Source: Nemertoderma westbladi (lineage: Eukaryota > Animalia > Xenacoelomorpha). Taken from it: a DNA stretch of 64,000 bases. Below, one piece after another: positions 1 to 10,977 of this stretch. Within the stretch, counting starts at the first letter, position 1; every line of letters starts with the position of its first letter. The stretch lies in the NCBI GenBank assembly GCA_032718475.1, contig JAUCBJ010006911.1, forward strand, positions 21,845 through 85,844, written 5' to 3'. The notes below the pieces were generated by a model, which was not told the origin of the DNA, did no database searches, and saw nothing but the letters and a program-made list of their open reading frames with translations. The translations under genes were made by a program, and so were the position numbers.

Positions 1-99
1 TGTTATTACATTAATATGATGATTAATGTAATCTTGTTGCGCTGGGAGGCATGCTGATTAATTGTAAAAATTATCTAGTTACACAAACTTTCAGAAGAT

Positions 100-1662
100 T
101 GTAGGGCCTTATCACCCCTGGACATTATCGCCCCCTGGGAACTTATCGCCCCTCCATCTCAAATGGTCCTATATCGCCCCTTGGGAACATATCGCCCCTG
201 GGACTTTATCAACCCCGGTCCTTTATCGCCCCCCGGTCTTTATCGCCCTTGGGTCTTTATTGCCCCCGGGTCTTTATCACGCCCGGGTCTTTATCGCCCC
301 CGGGTCTTTAATCACCCCAGGGTCTTTATCGCCCCTGGTAACTTATCGCCCCTGAGTCTTTATCACCCCCGGGTTTTTATCATCCCTGGTCCTTTATTGT
401 CCTTTGCACCATTACCACCTCTGGCCATTATCGCCCCCGGGTCTTTATCGCCCCCGGTTCTTTATTGCACCCTGGTCTTTATCGCCCCCGGGTCTTTATG
501 CGCCCGGGTCTTTATCGCCCCTGGGTCTTTATCACCCCTGGGTCTTTATCACCCCTGGTCCTTTACGCCCCTGGTCCTTTATCGCCCCCAGGTCTTTATC
601 ATCCCTGGTCCTTTATCGTCCCTTGCACCATTACCGCCTCTGGACCTTATCCCCCCAGGTCTTTATTGCCCCTGGGTCTTTATCACCCCGGGTCTTTATC
701 ACCCCTGGGTCTTTATCACCCCCAGATCTTTATCGCCCCCCCAGTCTTTATCGCCCCTGGGTCTTTATCGCCACTGGGTCTTTATCGCACCCGGGTCTTT
801 ATCGCCCCCGGGTCTTTACTGCCCCCGGGTCTTTATCGCCCCCGGGTCTTTATCGCCCCCGGGTCTTTATCACCCCCGGGTCTTTATCTCCCCTGGTCCT
901 TTATCACCCCCGGGTCTTTATCGTTTCCGGATCTTTATCGCCCCTGGGTCTTTATCGCCCCTGGGTATTTATCATCCCTGGGTCTTTATTGACCCCGGTC
1001 CTTTATTGCCCCTGGTCCTTTATCGCCCCCGGGTCTTTATCGCCCTGGTCCTATATTGCTGCCGGGTCTTTATCACCCCTGGTCCTTTATCACCCCAGGT
1101 CCTTTATTGCCCCCAGGTCTTTATCGCCCCTGGGTCTGTATGGCGCCCGGTTCTTTATCGACACCGGGTCTTTATCGCCCCTGGGTCCGTATTGCCCCGG
1201 GTCTTTATTGCCCCTGGGTCTTTAATGCCCCGGGTCTTTATCGCTCCCGGGTCTTTATTTCCCCTGGGTCTTTATCGCCCCCGGGTCTTTAATGCCCCTG
1301 GGACTTTATCGACCCTGGGTCTTTATCACCCCCGGGTCTTTATCACCCCTGGGTCTTTATCTCCCCTGGTACTTTATCGCCCCTTGCTCCATTACCACCT
1401 CTGGCCCTTATTGCCCCCGGGTCTATATCGCCCCCGGGTCTTTATCGCTTGTGGGTCTGTCTTTATTGCCCCCGGGTCTTTATCACCCCCGGGTCTTTTT
1501 CGCCCCCGGCTCTTTATCGCCCCCGGGTCTTTATCACACCTGGTCCTTTATCGCCCCTGGGTCTTTATCACCCCTGGGTCTTTACCACCCCCGGGTCTTT
1601 ATCGCCCCTGGTCCTTTATCGCCCCCAGGTCTTTATCGCCCCCGGGTCTTTATCGCCCCTTG
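100..1662 (+). repeat. Degenerate ~17-bp tandem repeat (cgcccccgggtctttat)
   Basis: Visible periodicity; produces spurious ORFs in all three frames; the motif resumes at about 4255-4300 after the nested insertions. Confidence 0.92.
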
Positions 1663-3081
1663 TGTAAGCGGATCCAATTCGCTGCACTACCTAGCGGAAA
1701 ATGGGGAAAGTGGCTTTTTACAAATTATAGTTGGCTAGGTGACATTACAAATATAATGTCACCTAACAACCAATGAAGGCAATATACATTGCCAGCCACA
1801 AAGAGAGATGACAGGCTGTAGGCCATCTCAGGGGGATGAAGGAAGCTAGCACGTGGGTATCAGAGAACAGGGAGTGCCAAGGGAAGGAAGGATAGGTTAG
1901 CCAATGGTGGGGCAGAACACCATATTATTGGAATGCATCCATTGGCCAGGCCACGTACCAAGTAGCAATATTCCATATGTGTTAGTAATATAACCATTGC
2001 CTTTATTACCTGTTGTTCAGTTGGTTTGTCTAGAGCTGTGGAAGCAAGACGGTTTACACCATCGTCGTCATCAGTCAGTAACCATGCTATTATTGTATTC
2101 TGACTGTGCTATTATTGTATTCTGACATTACGAACAACTGCCACTAAAAACTCAGTTATTCTTTCGGCCTCTAGCCTTTCAGATACCACAAGCCTTTCAG
2201 CAGCCAGCGGACGCAGCGACGCATATTACTCAAAAGCAAACACATCAGTTGGGATTCCATCACCAACTCGGGGATCCCGTCACAGTTTAAACCGCGCTTA
2301 GAAAGTCTAAACCACCACTTCAAGAGATCCGAAGACAAACTGTGACAGCGCAAACGCCGATGGAACAACCATGAGTGAATAACGAACGCCCCAGGGTTCA
2401 GAGAGGGGCGGAAGTCTGCCGCGAACCCCGAGCGACAGAGCGATTCAGGAAGCAGAGACAAGGCGGTACCAGCCTGCCACACGGCATTCGCCGAGGAACG
2501 ACGATTCGGTGGTAGAGGAGGAAGACGGACGGGTATGAGGGGACGAGAAACGGGGGTCGACATGGAACGGGAGCGGTAAAAGGAATACCAGAGTCACCAG
2601 CCAACCAGCTGCTACAGGTGGCGAGCAGGCCCACCGGAATGGCAATGGTAGGGCCAACGGTACCATGCTGGACGAGGAGAGGAGGTAAAGAGGTCGAGGA
2701 GGAGGACGTCAGTACGATTGATCGCCTGCGACAGGCATATAACGCCACAAAGAAAACTCTAAAGGATGCTAAGACTGGAGGAAAGGTAGACGAGCCCAAG
2801 TTGAACCGGAGACTCGGTGAGTGTAACAAACATTTTCACCACCTAGCCCGATTTGGGCAGGGGGAACTGGCGAGTGAAAGGGCGAGGGGGGTCGCCACTG
2901 AATTGTGGCGATCTGAGATAATGCCATATGGTGTAGTGTACATAGGCCTTATCAGTGGATGCACGGGGAATTAAGTTAGTGGGATGGGCGGATCCATCAG
3001 CCAGCGGACGCGGCGACACGTATTACCCAAAAGCAAACAAATTGGTAGGGATTCCCTCACCAACTCGGGGATCCTGTCACA
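1663..3081 (+). mobile_element. Internally deleted LTR retrotransposon: 5' LTR 1663-2284, leader and possible gag start, last ~85 bp of 3' LTR
   Basis: TG...CA ends; 5-bp TSD ccttg at 1658-1662 and 3082-3086; about 2200-2284 repeated at about 2997-3081; related to the solo LTR at 35683-36305. Confidence 0.8.
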
Positions 3082-3097
3082 CCTTGCACCATGACCA

Positions 3098-4245
3098 CGA
3101 TTGGTCTAAATGCTCTTTGCAGCAGCCTTCACTTCTGCAAAGGAGATATCGCCAATGGGAATATCCGGGAGTACAGACTCAGACACTTTTACTTCTATAA
3201 AGTTATCAGGCAATACCCTGTCATTATTGAGGAGCTTTTCAAAGTGGGCTTTCCAACCATTGAGGCGATCGGCTGGTGATTCAGCCTTAACCTTGGTGGT
3301 TGGTTGGCTTTTCCGCCCAGTAAGCAAGTTGATCGATTTCCATGCCTGGTATGATTGCCTGCTGTCGTCAGCATCATTGATGGCATCAACCTGTTGGTTT
3401 ATTAGCTCATGTAGATTAGCAGAATACTGCCTGTTCAGGGACCTAGATGCAGCATTAACTGCATTCTTGGCCGCTGCAGTCTGTTTGAGTCGAGACTCTT
3501 TCTGCGCCTTATAGAGCTCATTTTGGCACTTCTGAATCCTGTTCTGAATTATATTTTGTCCAATGCTGCATGTGCAGTTGGATTCATCAATAGACCAATT
3601 CCACCATTGCCACTATCATCTGCTGATGCGAGGGCGAGTCGCCAACCGCCCCCCATGTCCTTAATAAGAACCTCATCAGTCTGTCCAGTCTGCATTCGGT
3701 GCTCTTGAACACCCACTGCGCTAAGATAAAGCTTTTCTGCCAAGGCAGTCAGCTCACCTTGTCGCATCGGGGACCCCAGTGTTAGGGTGTTTACTGAGGC
3801 TAGTCTAGTGACTTGCCTCAGATTCACCAATGGCTTTGTTGGTTGGGGTGGAACATGAGAGTAGCCTCCAACTCCAGAATCCCTCTCCCCCTCACAATCT
3901 GGCCTCCCTGGTGACCCAGGGTTTGGGCCAGAATGGTCATCAGGAAAGGGACTCAAAGAATTGTTGGCTGCTCTCTCTCCAGTAGGGGTGAGACAGGCAG
4001 CCGATCAGGAGATAACTGAGAGGTGACTGTGATGACTGTGAGGCCGATTGTGTCCGGTAATTCCACTGGCCTCTAGTGGCCGGACCTCCGCATTACTAAT
4101 GTAATCCATAGTGGGGGTTGGGGGGTGCTTTTTTGCCGAGTCAGCTCTCGGGGCAAATACCACACCCTGGTTTGCCATTCCACAGGGTGGGTGTCGCAGT
4201 GGAGTCAGATATGAGGCCCATCACCCATATCTACTCTGGCGCACA
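3098..4245 (-). mobile_element. RTE-clade LINE 5' fragment (5' UTR, APE N-terminus, internal deletion, no RT)
   Basis: Near-identical to 12497-12935 and 13685-13933; ASVNTLTL...GVQEHR APE motif. Confidence 0.85.
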
Positions 4246-4679
4246 TGACCCACCATTGGCTGTTATCGCCCAGAGTCTTTATCGCCCCTGGTAACTTATC
4301 CGCACTGTGACAAATATGAATTTTGAATGGGAGAAACGCATCTGGCATTGGTATTTGTATTGTTTATTATTGTCAAGAGTTTTGCAGTTAAATTGCGAGA
4401 CACATGACATACATTGAATTGCCTAAGTACAAATGTTATAAATAAAAACAATATGTTATTTGAAATAAGAACTGTATAAATTACTATTTAATATTTTAAC
4501 GCCACATACTGTAGAGATACTTGTGAAAAATAGAGTATTTCAAAATAATTAATAATTAAACTGCATGTATACTGCCACAGCATAGGTAAAATTGGAATAA
4601 TAAGTACGAAGGTCTAGTGCAAAAAATACGTTAAAATAAATCGAGTTGATAAAATAGTAACATTTGAATGGGAGAATCT

Positions 4680-5360
4680 TTTAGGCTCGTTAAGCCAAGG
4701 AATGCCTGTTCACCACCATGGGTGATCTTCCACAGTAAACCCTTCCACTCTGTATCCCAAGTTGCCTTGGTTCCCATTTATCGACCACTGAAGGATGAAA
4801 GCCGGGGTTGGGCTAGGCTGCAGCATTTAAAGCACTGTGCCCAAACAGTGCTGCCCCATCTAGGGATCGATCCCGGGCTCCCTAATCGGAAGCACAGTAA
4901 TGTCACCACTCAACCAAGCTGCAATAGTAACATTTAGACTCAGTAAGCTAGTGAATGCCTGTACGCCGTCAAGGGTGATCTTCCACAGTAAACCCGTCCA
5001 CTCTGTTTCCTAAAGCGCTAAAGGAATGCTTGTTCTCCACAATGGGTGATCTTCCACAGTAAACCCTTCTACTCTGTTTCCTAAAGGAATGTCTGTTCAC
5101 CACCATGGATGATCTTCCACAGTAAACCCTTCCACTCTGTTTCCTAAAGCGCTAAAGGAATGCTTGTTCTCCACAATGGGTGATCTTCCATAATAAACCT
5201 TTCCACTCTGTTTGACAAGTTATCATGTTCTCATTTATCGACCAGAAAACCTTGCATTTAAAGTCCCGTACCAAAACAGTAAAAAAAAGTGCGTCGTCCA
5301 GGGAACGAATCTGGAACCTCCTGAATGAAAGCCCAGATTGTTAACACAAAATCAAGCTGC
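4680..5360 (-). mobile_element. Degenerate tRNA-derived SINE copies with an internally repeated segment
   Basis: B-box-like heads at about 4860 and 5300; ctttcatcc...ggtcgataaatg core resembles the MetaSINE-type central domain (recalled); gatcttccacagtaaaccc repeated about 5 times. Confidence 0.5.
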
Positions 5361-5564
5361 TGCTTAGTCTATAAATCGAATAATTGAAAATTGAATATGA
5401 AAAATATGACTAATATAATTTCTAATTGTAGGCCTCCTCTAACTGAAACTATTTGAGTATAAATATAAATGTAAACTAAAACTATAACTAGGCCCTACAG
5501 TAAAATATGTGACTTAGAGGAAGTATGAGAAAGTTGGGGGAAAGTATCCTGTATATAATGACAG

Positions 5565-5965
5565 TGGCGATAAAGGACCAGGTGCGATAAAGACTCGGGG
5601 GCGATAATGACCCAGGGGCGATAAGTTCCTAAAAATTCAGAACTGGGAGGCGATAAGTTCCCAACAAAAATGCAATTTATAGGGGCGATAAGGTTCCAGG
5701 GGCGATAAAGACTTGGGGGCGATAAAGACCCAGGGGCGATAAGTTCCTAAAAACTCAGAGCTGGGGGGCGATAAGTTCCCAACAAAAATTCAATTCATAG
5801 GGGCGATAAGGTTCCAGGGGCGATAAAGACTCGGGGGCGATAAAGACCCAGGGGCGATAAGTTCCTAAAAACTCAGAACTGGGGGGCGATAAGTTCCCAA
5901 CAAAAATTCAATTCATAGGGGCGATAAGGTTCCAGGGGCGATAAAGACTTGGGGGCAATAAAGAC
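5565..5965 (-). repeat. Inverted copy of the 17-bp motif (ggggcgataaagaccc) arranged in ~120-bp higher-order units
   Basis: Reverse complement of the 100-1662 unit; the array continues at 7144 after an insertion. Confidence 0.85.
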
Positions 5966-7143
5966 TGTAAAAGCTTTTGCGGATATAGCTAGTTATTTTC
6001 CCCGCAAAGTACTGTGTAGGTATTTTAGTGGACATAAAAAGCCATTTTTCTTACTGTGTAGGTGTTTTAGCGGACATAAAAAGCCATTATTCTGTATGTG
6101 TACTTTAGCGGACATAACAAGCCATTTTATGCCGCAATGCGTCAAAATACTCTTAATACAGTGTAGTTCAGATGACGACATCTATCAGCTGATATGTCGA
6201 TGTGGAGCTTTTGGCTTTCTTTGTTCAGGCTCACTCACTCGACCAATCATAGCGATTTTCATTTTATTTGCACAGAAGCCTCCGGGAAATCGCGCAATGC
6301 ATTGTGGTCTTTGTTTGCCTTTTTTCCTGAGCCCAGAACATCGGCTGTGGAATTATTCTGTGTTTCAGACTTTGGCCAAGCATTAGGGCGGCTTTGATCA
6401 TAGAAACGTATAACTGTTATCATATTGTCATATTGTCAAACCTGATCACATACAAACACCGCATTATTTTACTGCTATTTACTGTCGGTTATTAATTGTA
6501 TCAGTTGATGGATATGTTGTTATATTTGGAGAATATCGATAAATAATCAGAAAACCCAATCTTCTTGATATACTGAAGGTTAGAGAGACCGGTTACATAT
6601 AGCAATTGCGACTTATATTATAGTGGTTTTGGAGTGAATTGAATGCTATTTCATAGGCCCTACATGTGTCAGTTGCTGTTCTCCTTATATATGACTAAAA
6701 TTAGTGAAGGTCGGCAGATCAGTGTGCAGCAGTGTGCGGTAGTGTGCATGAGTATGACAGATAACAAAGCATTTCCTAAAGAATGCGCTTTATACGTGAA
6801 TCATTAGCCATCCCGTTGTGTTTAGTGTAAGTCATAACTCTGTTTACATACTTAGAGCGCCACGTCCTAAAGGAACTGTTAATATTTCCCGAAAGTGAAT
6901 AATATTTGTCAGAGATATTATAGTAACGATCAATCGAATAATACAGTAGGTCTACACCGCAATAAGGTCAGAGCATCCGAATCCAGTCTCCCTTAACCGT
7001 GGGTGAATGATCGCGCATAGGCTGGCTTCGGCTAATGTAACTTTATGTGTATCAAATACTTGTTATAGGCTAAAGTCGATTTATAACCTAGAAGACACCT
7101 AAATTTGGCAGGTTAAACTGCTAAAGGTCTAAAAGCGCGAACA
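5966..7143. mobile_element. Solo-LTR-like insertion, 1178 bp
   Basis: TGT...ACA termini with imperfect IR (tgt....gctttt); 5-bp TSD aagac at 5961-5965 and 7144-7148; the same terminus recurs inverted at 63931. Confidence 0.75.
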
Positions 7144-7910
7144 AAGACCCAGGGGCGATAAGTTCCTAAAAACTCAGAACTGGGGGGCGATAAGTTCCCA
7201 ACAAAAATTCAATTCATAGGGGCGATAAGGTTCCAGGACCGATAAGGTTCCTGGACCGATAAGGTCCTGGACCGATAAGGTTCCAGGACCGATAAGGTTC
7301 CTGGACCGATAAGGTCCTGGACCGATAAGGTTCCAGGACCGATAAGGTTCCTGGACCGATAAGGTTCCTGGACCGATAAGGTTCCTGGACCGATAAGGTC
7401 CTGGACCGATAAGGTTCCAGGGCCGATAAGGTTCCTGGACCGATAAGGTCCAGGACCGATAAGGTTGCTGGACCGATAAGGTTCCTGGACCGATAAGGTT
7501 CCTGGACCGATAAGGTCCTGGACCGATAAGGTTCCAGGACCGATAAGGTTCCTGGACCGATAAGGTTCCTGGACCGATAAGGTTCCAGGACCGATAAGGT
7601 TCCTGGACCGATAAGGTTCCTGGACCGATAAGGTTCCTGGACCGATAAGGTTCCTGGACCGATAAGGTTCCAGGACCGATAAGGTTTCTGGACCGATAAG
7701 GTTCCTGGACCGATAAGGTTCCTGGACCGATAAGGTTCCTGGACCGATAAGGTTCCAGGACTGATAAGGTTTCTGGACCGATAAGGTTCCTGGACCGATA
7801 AGGTTCCAGGACCAATAAGGTTCCTGGACCGATAAGGTTCCTGGACCGATAAGGTTCCTGGACCGATAAGGTTCCTGGACCGATAAGGTTCCAGGACCGA
7901 TAAGGTCCTG
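7144..7910 (-). repeat. 17-bp tandem repeat (ggaccgataaggttcct), related to the preceding family
   Basis: Homogeneous periodic array from about 7228. Confidence 0.92.
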
Positions 7911-8067
7911 CTTCGCTTCGTTTCAGAAGTTTCGTGTCACATGATTTTATAATTGATCGAGTAAATCCACAATCATTGATGTATATGTATTAAAATTGCC
8001 CAATTGCCTTTCATTCTCGGCTCGGCTCGGCTCGGTTCATAGGTTTTGTTCGGTTTTTTTATTTTAG

Positions 8068-8244
8068 GTTTCTCTCACATCTTTAATCATGGAGTTGTCA
8101 GACACCAAGGCGTCTTCAGTTTCTGCTAATTCCAACAATTCTGCAACAACATCTGCGGGTTCCAACTTGGCGTATCTTCGAGCTATTCGTATACTTCGAG
8201 CGTTTCGACCACTTCGAGCAATTTCCCGTTGGCAAGGAATGAAG
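8068..8244 (+). CDS. Nav2: Nav2-type channel exon: DIII S3, extended S3-S4 linker, S4 (VSLTSLIMEL...LRAIRILRAFRPLRAISRWQGMK)
   Basis: attttag acceptor, gtaacg donor, 177 nt, phase 0/0; S4 R-x-x repeat; RAISRWQGM is typical of Nav2 DIII. Upstream exons lie before the window. Confidence 0.93.
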
Positions 8245-8576
8245 GTAACGACCAATCTTTGAAATATAATAGTCGATAAAAACTTACTACTGTTAGCCCT
8301 TTGAAAATTCGTTATTAGTTTTTATAAAAATTATGCGATATTGGTATTAACTAAAAGGGCACCTTTTAATTTCTTTTTGAAAGATATTAATTTTTATTTC
8401 TTTTTGACCATTTTGTATCATGCTATAACCGCGATATTTATTAGCAACTGGCGCCAGACAGTCACAACGTATATTGGGCCTGGGATCCATGTCAATAAAA
8501 CTAAAACTCCTTCCGTACTCAATATTATGTAATTGTAATTGTAATTATTTATTATTTTTAATTAATTTTATTGTAG

Positions 8577-8685
8577 ATTGTTGTTAACGCATTATTTTCC
8601 GCGATCCCACAAATTTGCAATGTACTGCTGGTGTGTTTGATATTCTGGCTGATATTCTCAATAATGGGAGTACAATTTTTTAAAG
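8577..8685 (+). CDS. Nav2: Nav2 exon: DIII S4-S5 linker and S5 ([37 protein letters not shown])
   Basis: ttgtag acceptor, gtaag donor, 109 nt, phase 0/1; [18 protein letters not shown] is a conserved Nav DIII S5 motif. Confidence 0.96.
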
Positions 8686-9422
8686 GTAAGATAATTCTAT
8701 GTATTCTTTTTCATGTTGAATTTATGTAACTTGTAATATTTCCATGTCGGACTTTATTTAGGCAGTGTAATTGAGCCGCACTCTCTTCAGATTATATAAG
8801 TAGTATATGAAGATATGATCACGGATCAAGGTTACCCATAGCCCAGCATTACCATGTTTTCTACTACTGCATCCAATCAGAAGCCACCATTTCAACCATT
8901 ACCAGTGGTCGTTATTATTTCAACCAATCAGATGCCAGCATTTCAACCGTGACCATGGTAACTTCTCAAGTTCCCGCATTTTCCGCTAGAGGTGTTATTA
9001 GTCACCCAGCTAACTCCCTCTCTACTCATTGTAACCAATCGCGAGCCTTTATTTTACAGGTGCTCGGGTGTCTACACTTAGTAGCAGGTAACTTCTACTA
9101 TTTTTCAAATCGCTATTTTCACCAACCAGTATTTTCATATCATTTATTTCAGGTGTCTTTCTACCTGTAATTTTTCACCAGTAACTAAATTTAATTTTGC
9201 AATTTTTCAGATAACAAAATATTCAACTGGGATCGAACTCGGGACCTTTATGTTTTGCCTATTTGTAAACATCTGCGACCAGTTATGAAGAATAAATCGA
9301 TCTTGAATAATTATTACTTGGCATTCAACAGCTATAACTCGAATATTTGACGCCTTTTTCTCTCGGGGTTGGATGGAAGAGTGAGCGGTGAATTGTTGTA
9401 CAGCCATGGCTCCAATGCTGTT

Positions 9423-10160
9423 CTAAATACTGCTTGGCAGCCCAGCACCGTCCTCAAACCCCTGCCCACTTCTCCACTTCACCCGCGAGCCCCGTTGACA
9501 ATGGGAGGCCCCGCGAATTATCGCGAACTGGCCGCGAGTTCGGACCCAGCCCTTTGTGGTGCTGAAAGGTCGCCCCCAGGAATGGTGCAGCCTATCAGCC
9601 AATATGAGGAGGAGGTGGTTTGCCTGCGGAGTGGGTACACTGTCACAGGACGCAACAAACGGAGAGAAGTCGCCCAGTCGTGCCATCACTGCTTCCGCGT
9701 ACAGCCTCTTCTTTTGGTCTTCGGCCGACTCGAGGACAGACATTGCAGTGCGACCCACATAGGACCCGGCTTCAAGGTTGATAACCCGAATGTCTATCAA
9801 CGCCTGGATCGGTGGGTTTAGCACACCCCGTATCCCCACGTCGCACCGAAGACCTGCGGCGCCCTCAACTCCCTGCTGCTCGCGGACAACCGTCTCGCAG
9901 ACTACGTTACGAGGTCCGAAAGCCATAGCGGCGAGGTCTCCAACCACGTCCCATAGTTCGTTATGGCGCTGTATAACGAGGCCGCCTTTTTTACAATTTA
10001 AACCGTGGTTTAAATCGAAGGCGGCCCTGCACCCGTCGCACCGGCTTGGCACCGCCGCCAGGGGGCGGCCGTATCGGATCGCCAGCGCGTCCCGGAACTC
10101 CAGGGGAGACAAGTCCATCTGGTGGTCGGCCATGGGCAGGGAGGAGATCCACCCACTCAA
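9423..10160 (-). mobile_element. CRE-like non-LTR retrotransposon 3' fragment (zinc knuckle plus restriction-like endonuclease)
   Basis: FRDALAIRY, C-x2-C...H..NC, RHN, RCD...IDIRV, K...Y, F.PFV motifs. Confidence 0.78.
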
Positions 10161-10977
10161 ATCGCCGTTGGTTGATTACCTTCCGCCGACCTTGTCAGCA
10201 TGTCTGGCCGTTGGTTGATTACCTTCCGCCTATCCATGGCCTACAGCCCTGCTGCCGACTGTAGGGGTCCTTTTGTTACACCCTGAACCAAGTGTGCCTC
10301 CTGGGTTAGGTTATCTAACACTGGTAGAGGAGCATCCAGTATAGACAGGGCGGGGCGTGTATCATCTCTAATGCAGATGCGTATCAAGCCTTTGCCTTCA
10401 ATGGTGCCCTAGGCGCTATAGCCCTCAATGACTTACTTAGTTGATGGGGCTGAACCAACCCACTCTTGATCAACTAAACAATGAATAGGCTATGCTTATC
10501 GGGCCTGCCCTACTGGGCTGACAGCTACAGGTAGTACCACATTACAGCCATAGTGGTAGCAGGATCTGGGGACCTGACCTGACCTAAGTAAAACAGACAG
10601 GTTTTATTATAATGGGAACCCTATAGATATCGTAAACCGCTACATGTACCTGGGAATTACACTACAGCCGACACTTAGTTTCAGTTTCCACATAGTAAAT
10701 ATCCAGTGTAAATGTATCAAGGCTATCCACGCAATGAAAAACCCAAAGTTGTTACAGTCTTCCCACAGGTTTAATTTAAAGATTCGGCCTTTGCTAGTTA
10801 TAATATTGCGGTAATATGGGAATCTTTGAAAGCACAAAAGTTTGTCAGTATCGACAAAATAAAGAGAAGATTTCTCAAGAGGGTACTCTGTGTCGAAGAC
10901 ATCCCAGAACCGATTGGTCTTGGAAATTACAGGGGAAAGGAATATGTGTGTTGATCTCCAGAACATTCTTAGATTAC

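Noticed and set aside
1690-1745. KWLFTNYSWLG resembling Nav DIII S2-S3 (YFTNAW)
   Set aside because: Lies inside an LTR bounded by TSDs; no proper splice sites or WLDF motif.
163-1776. 537-aa and overlapping Pro-rich ORFs
   Set aside because: Translations of a 17-bp repeat, open in several frames.
8064-8255. 63-aa minus-strand ORF (likewise 55545-55979)
   Set aside because: Antisense shadows of real Nav2 exons.
9060-9087. 28-nt segment with a good acceptor and donor (ttttacag...gcag|gtaact)
   Set aside because: Would frameshift and has no channel homology; no support as a poison exon without reads.
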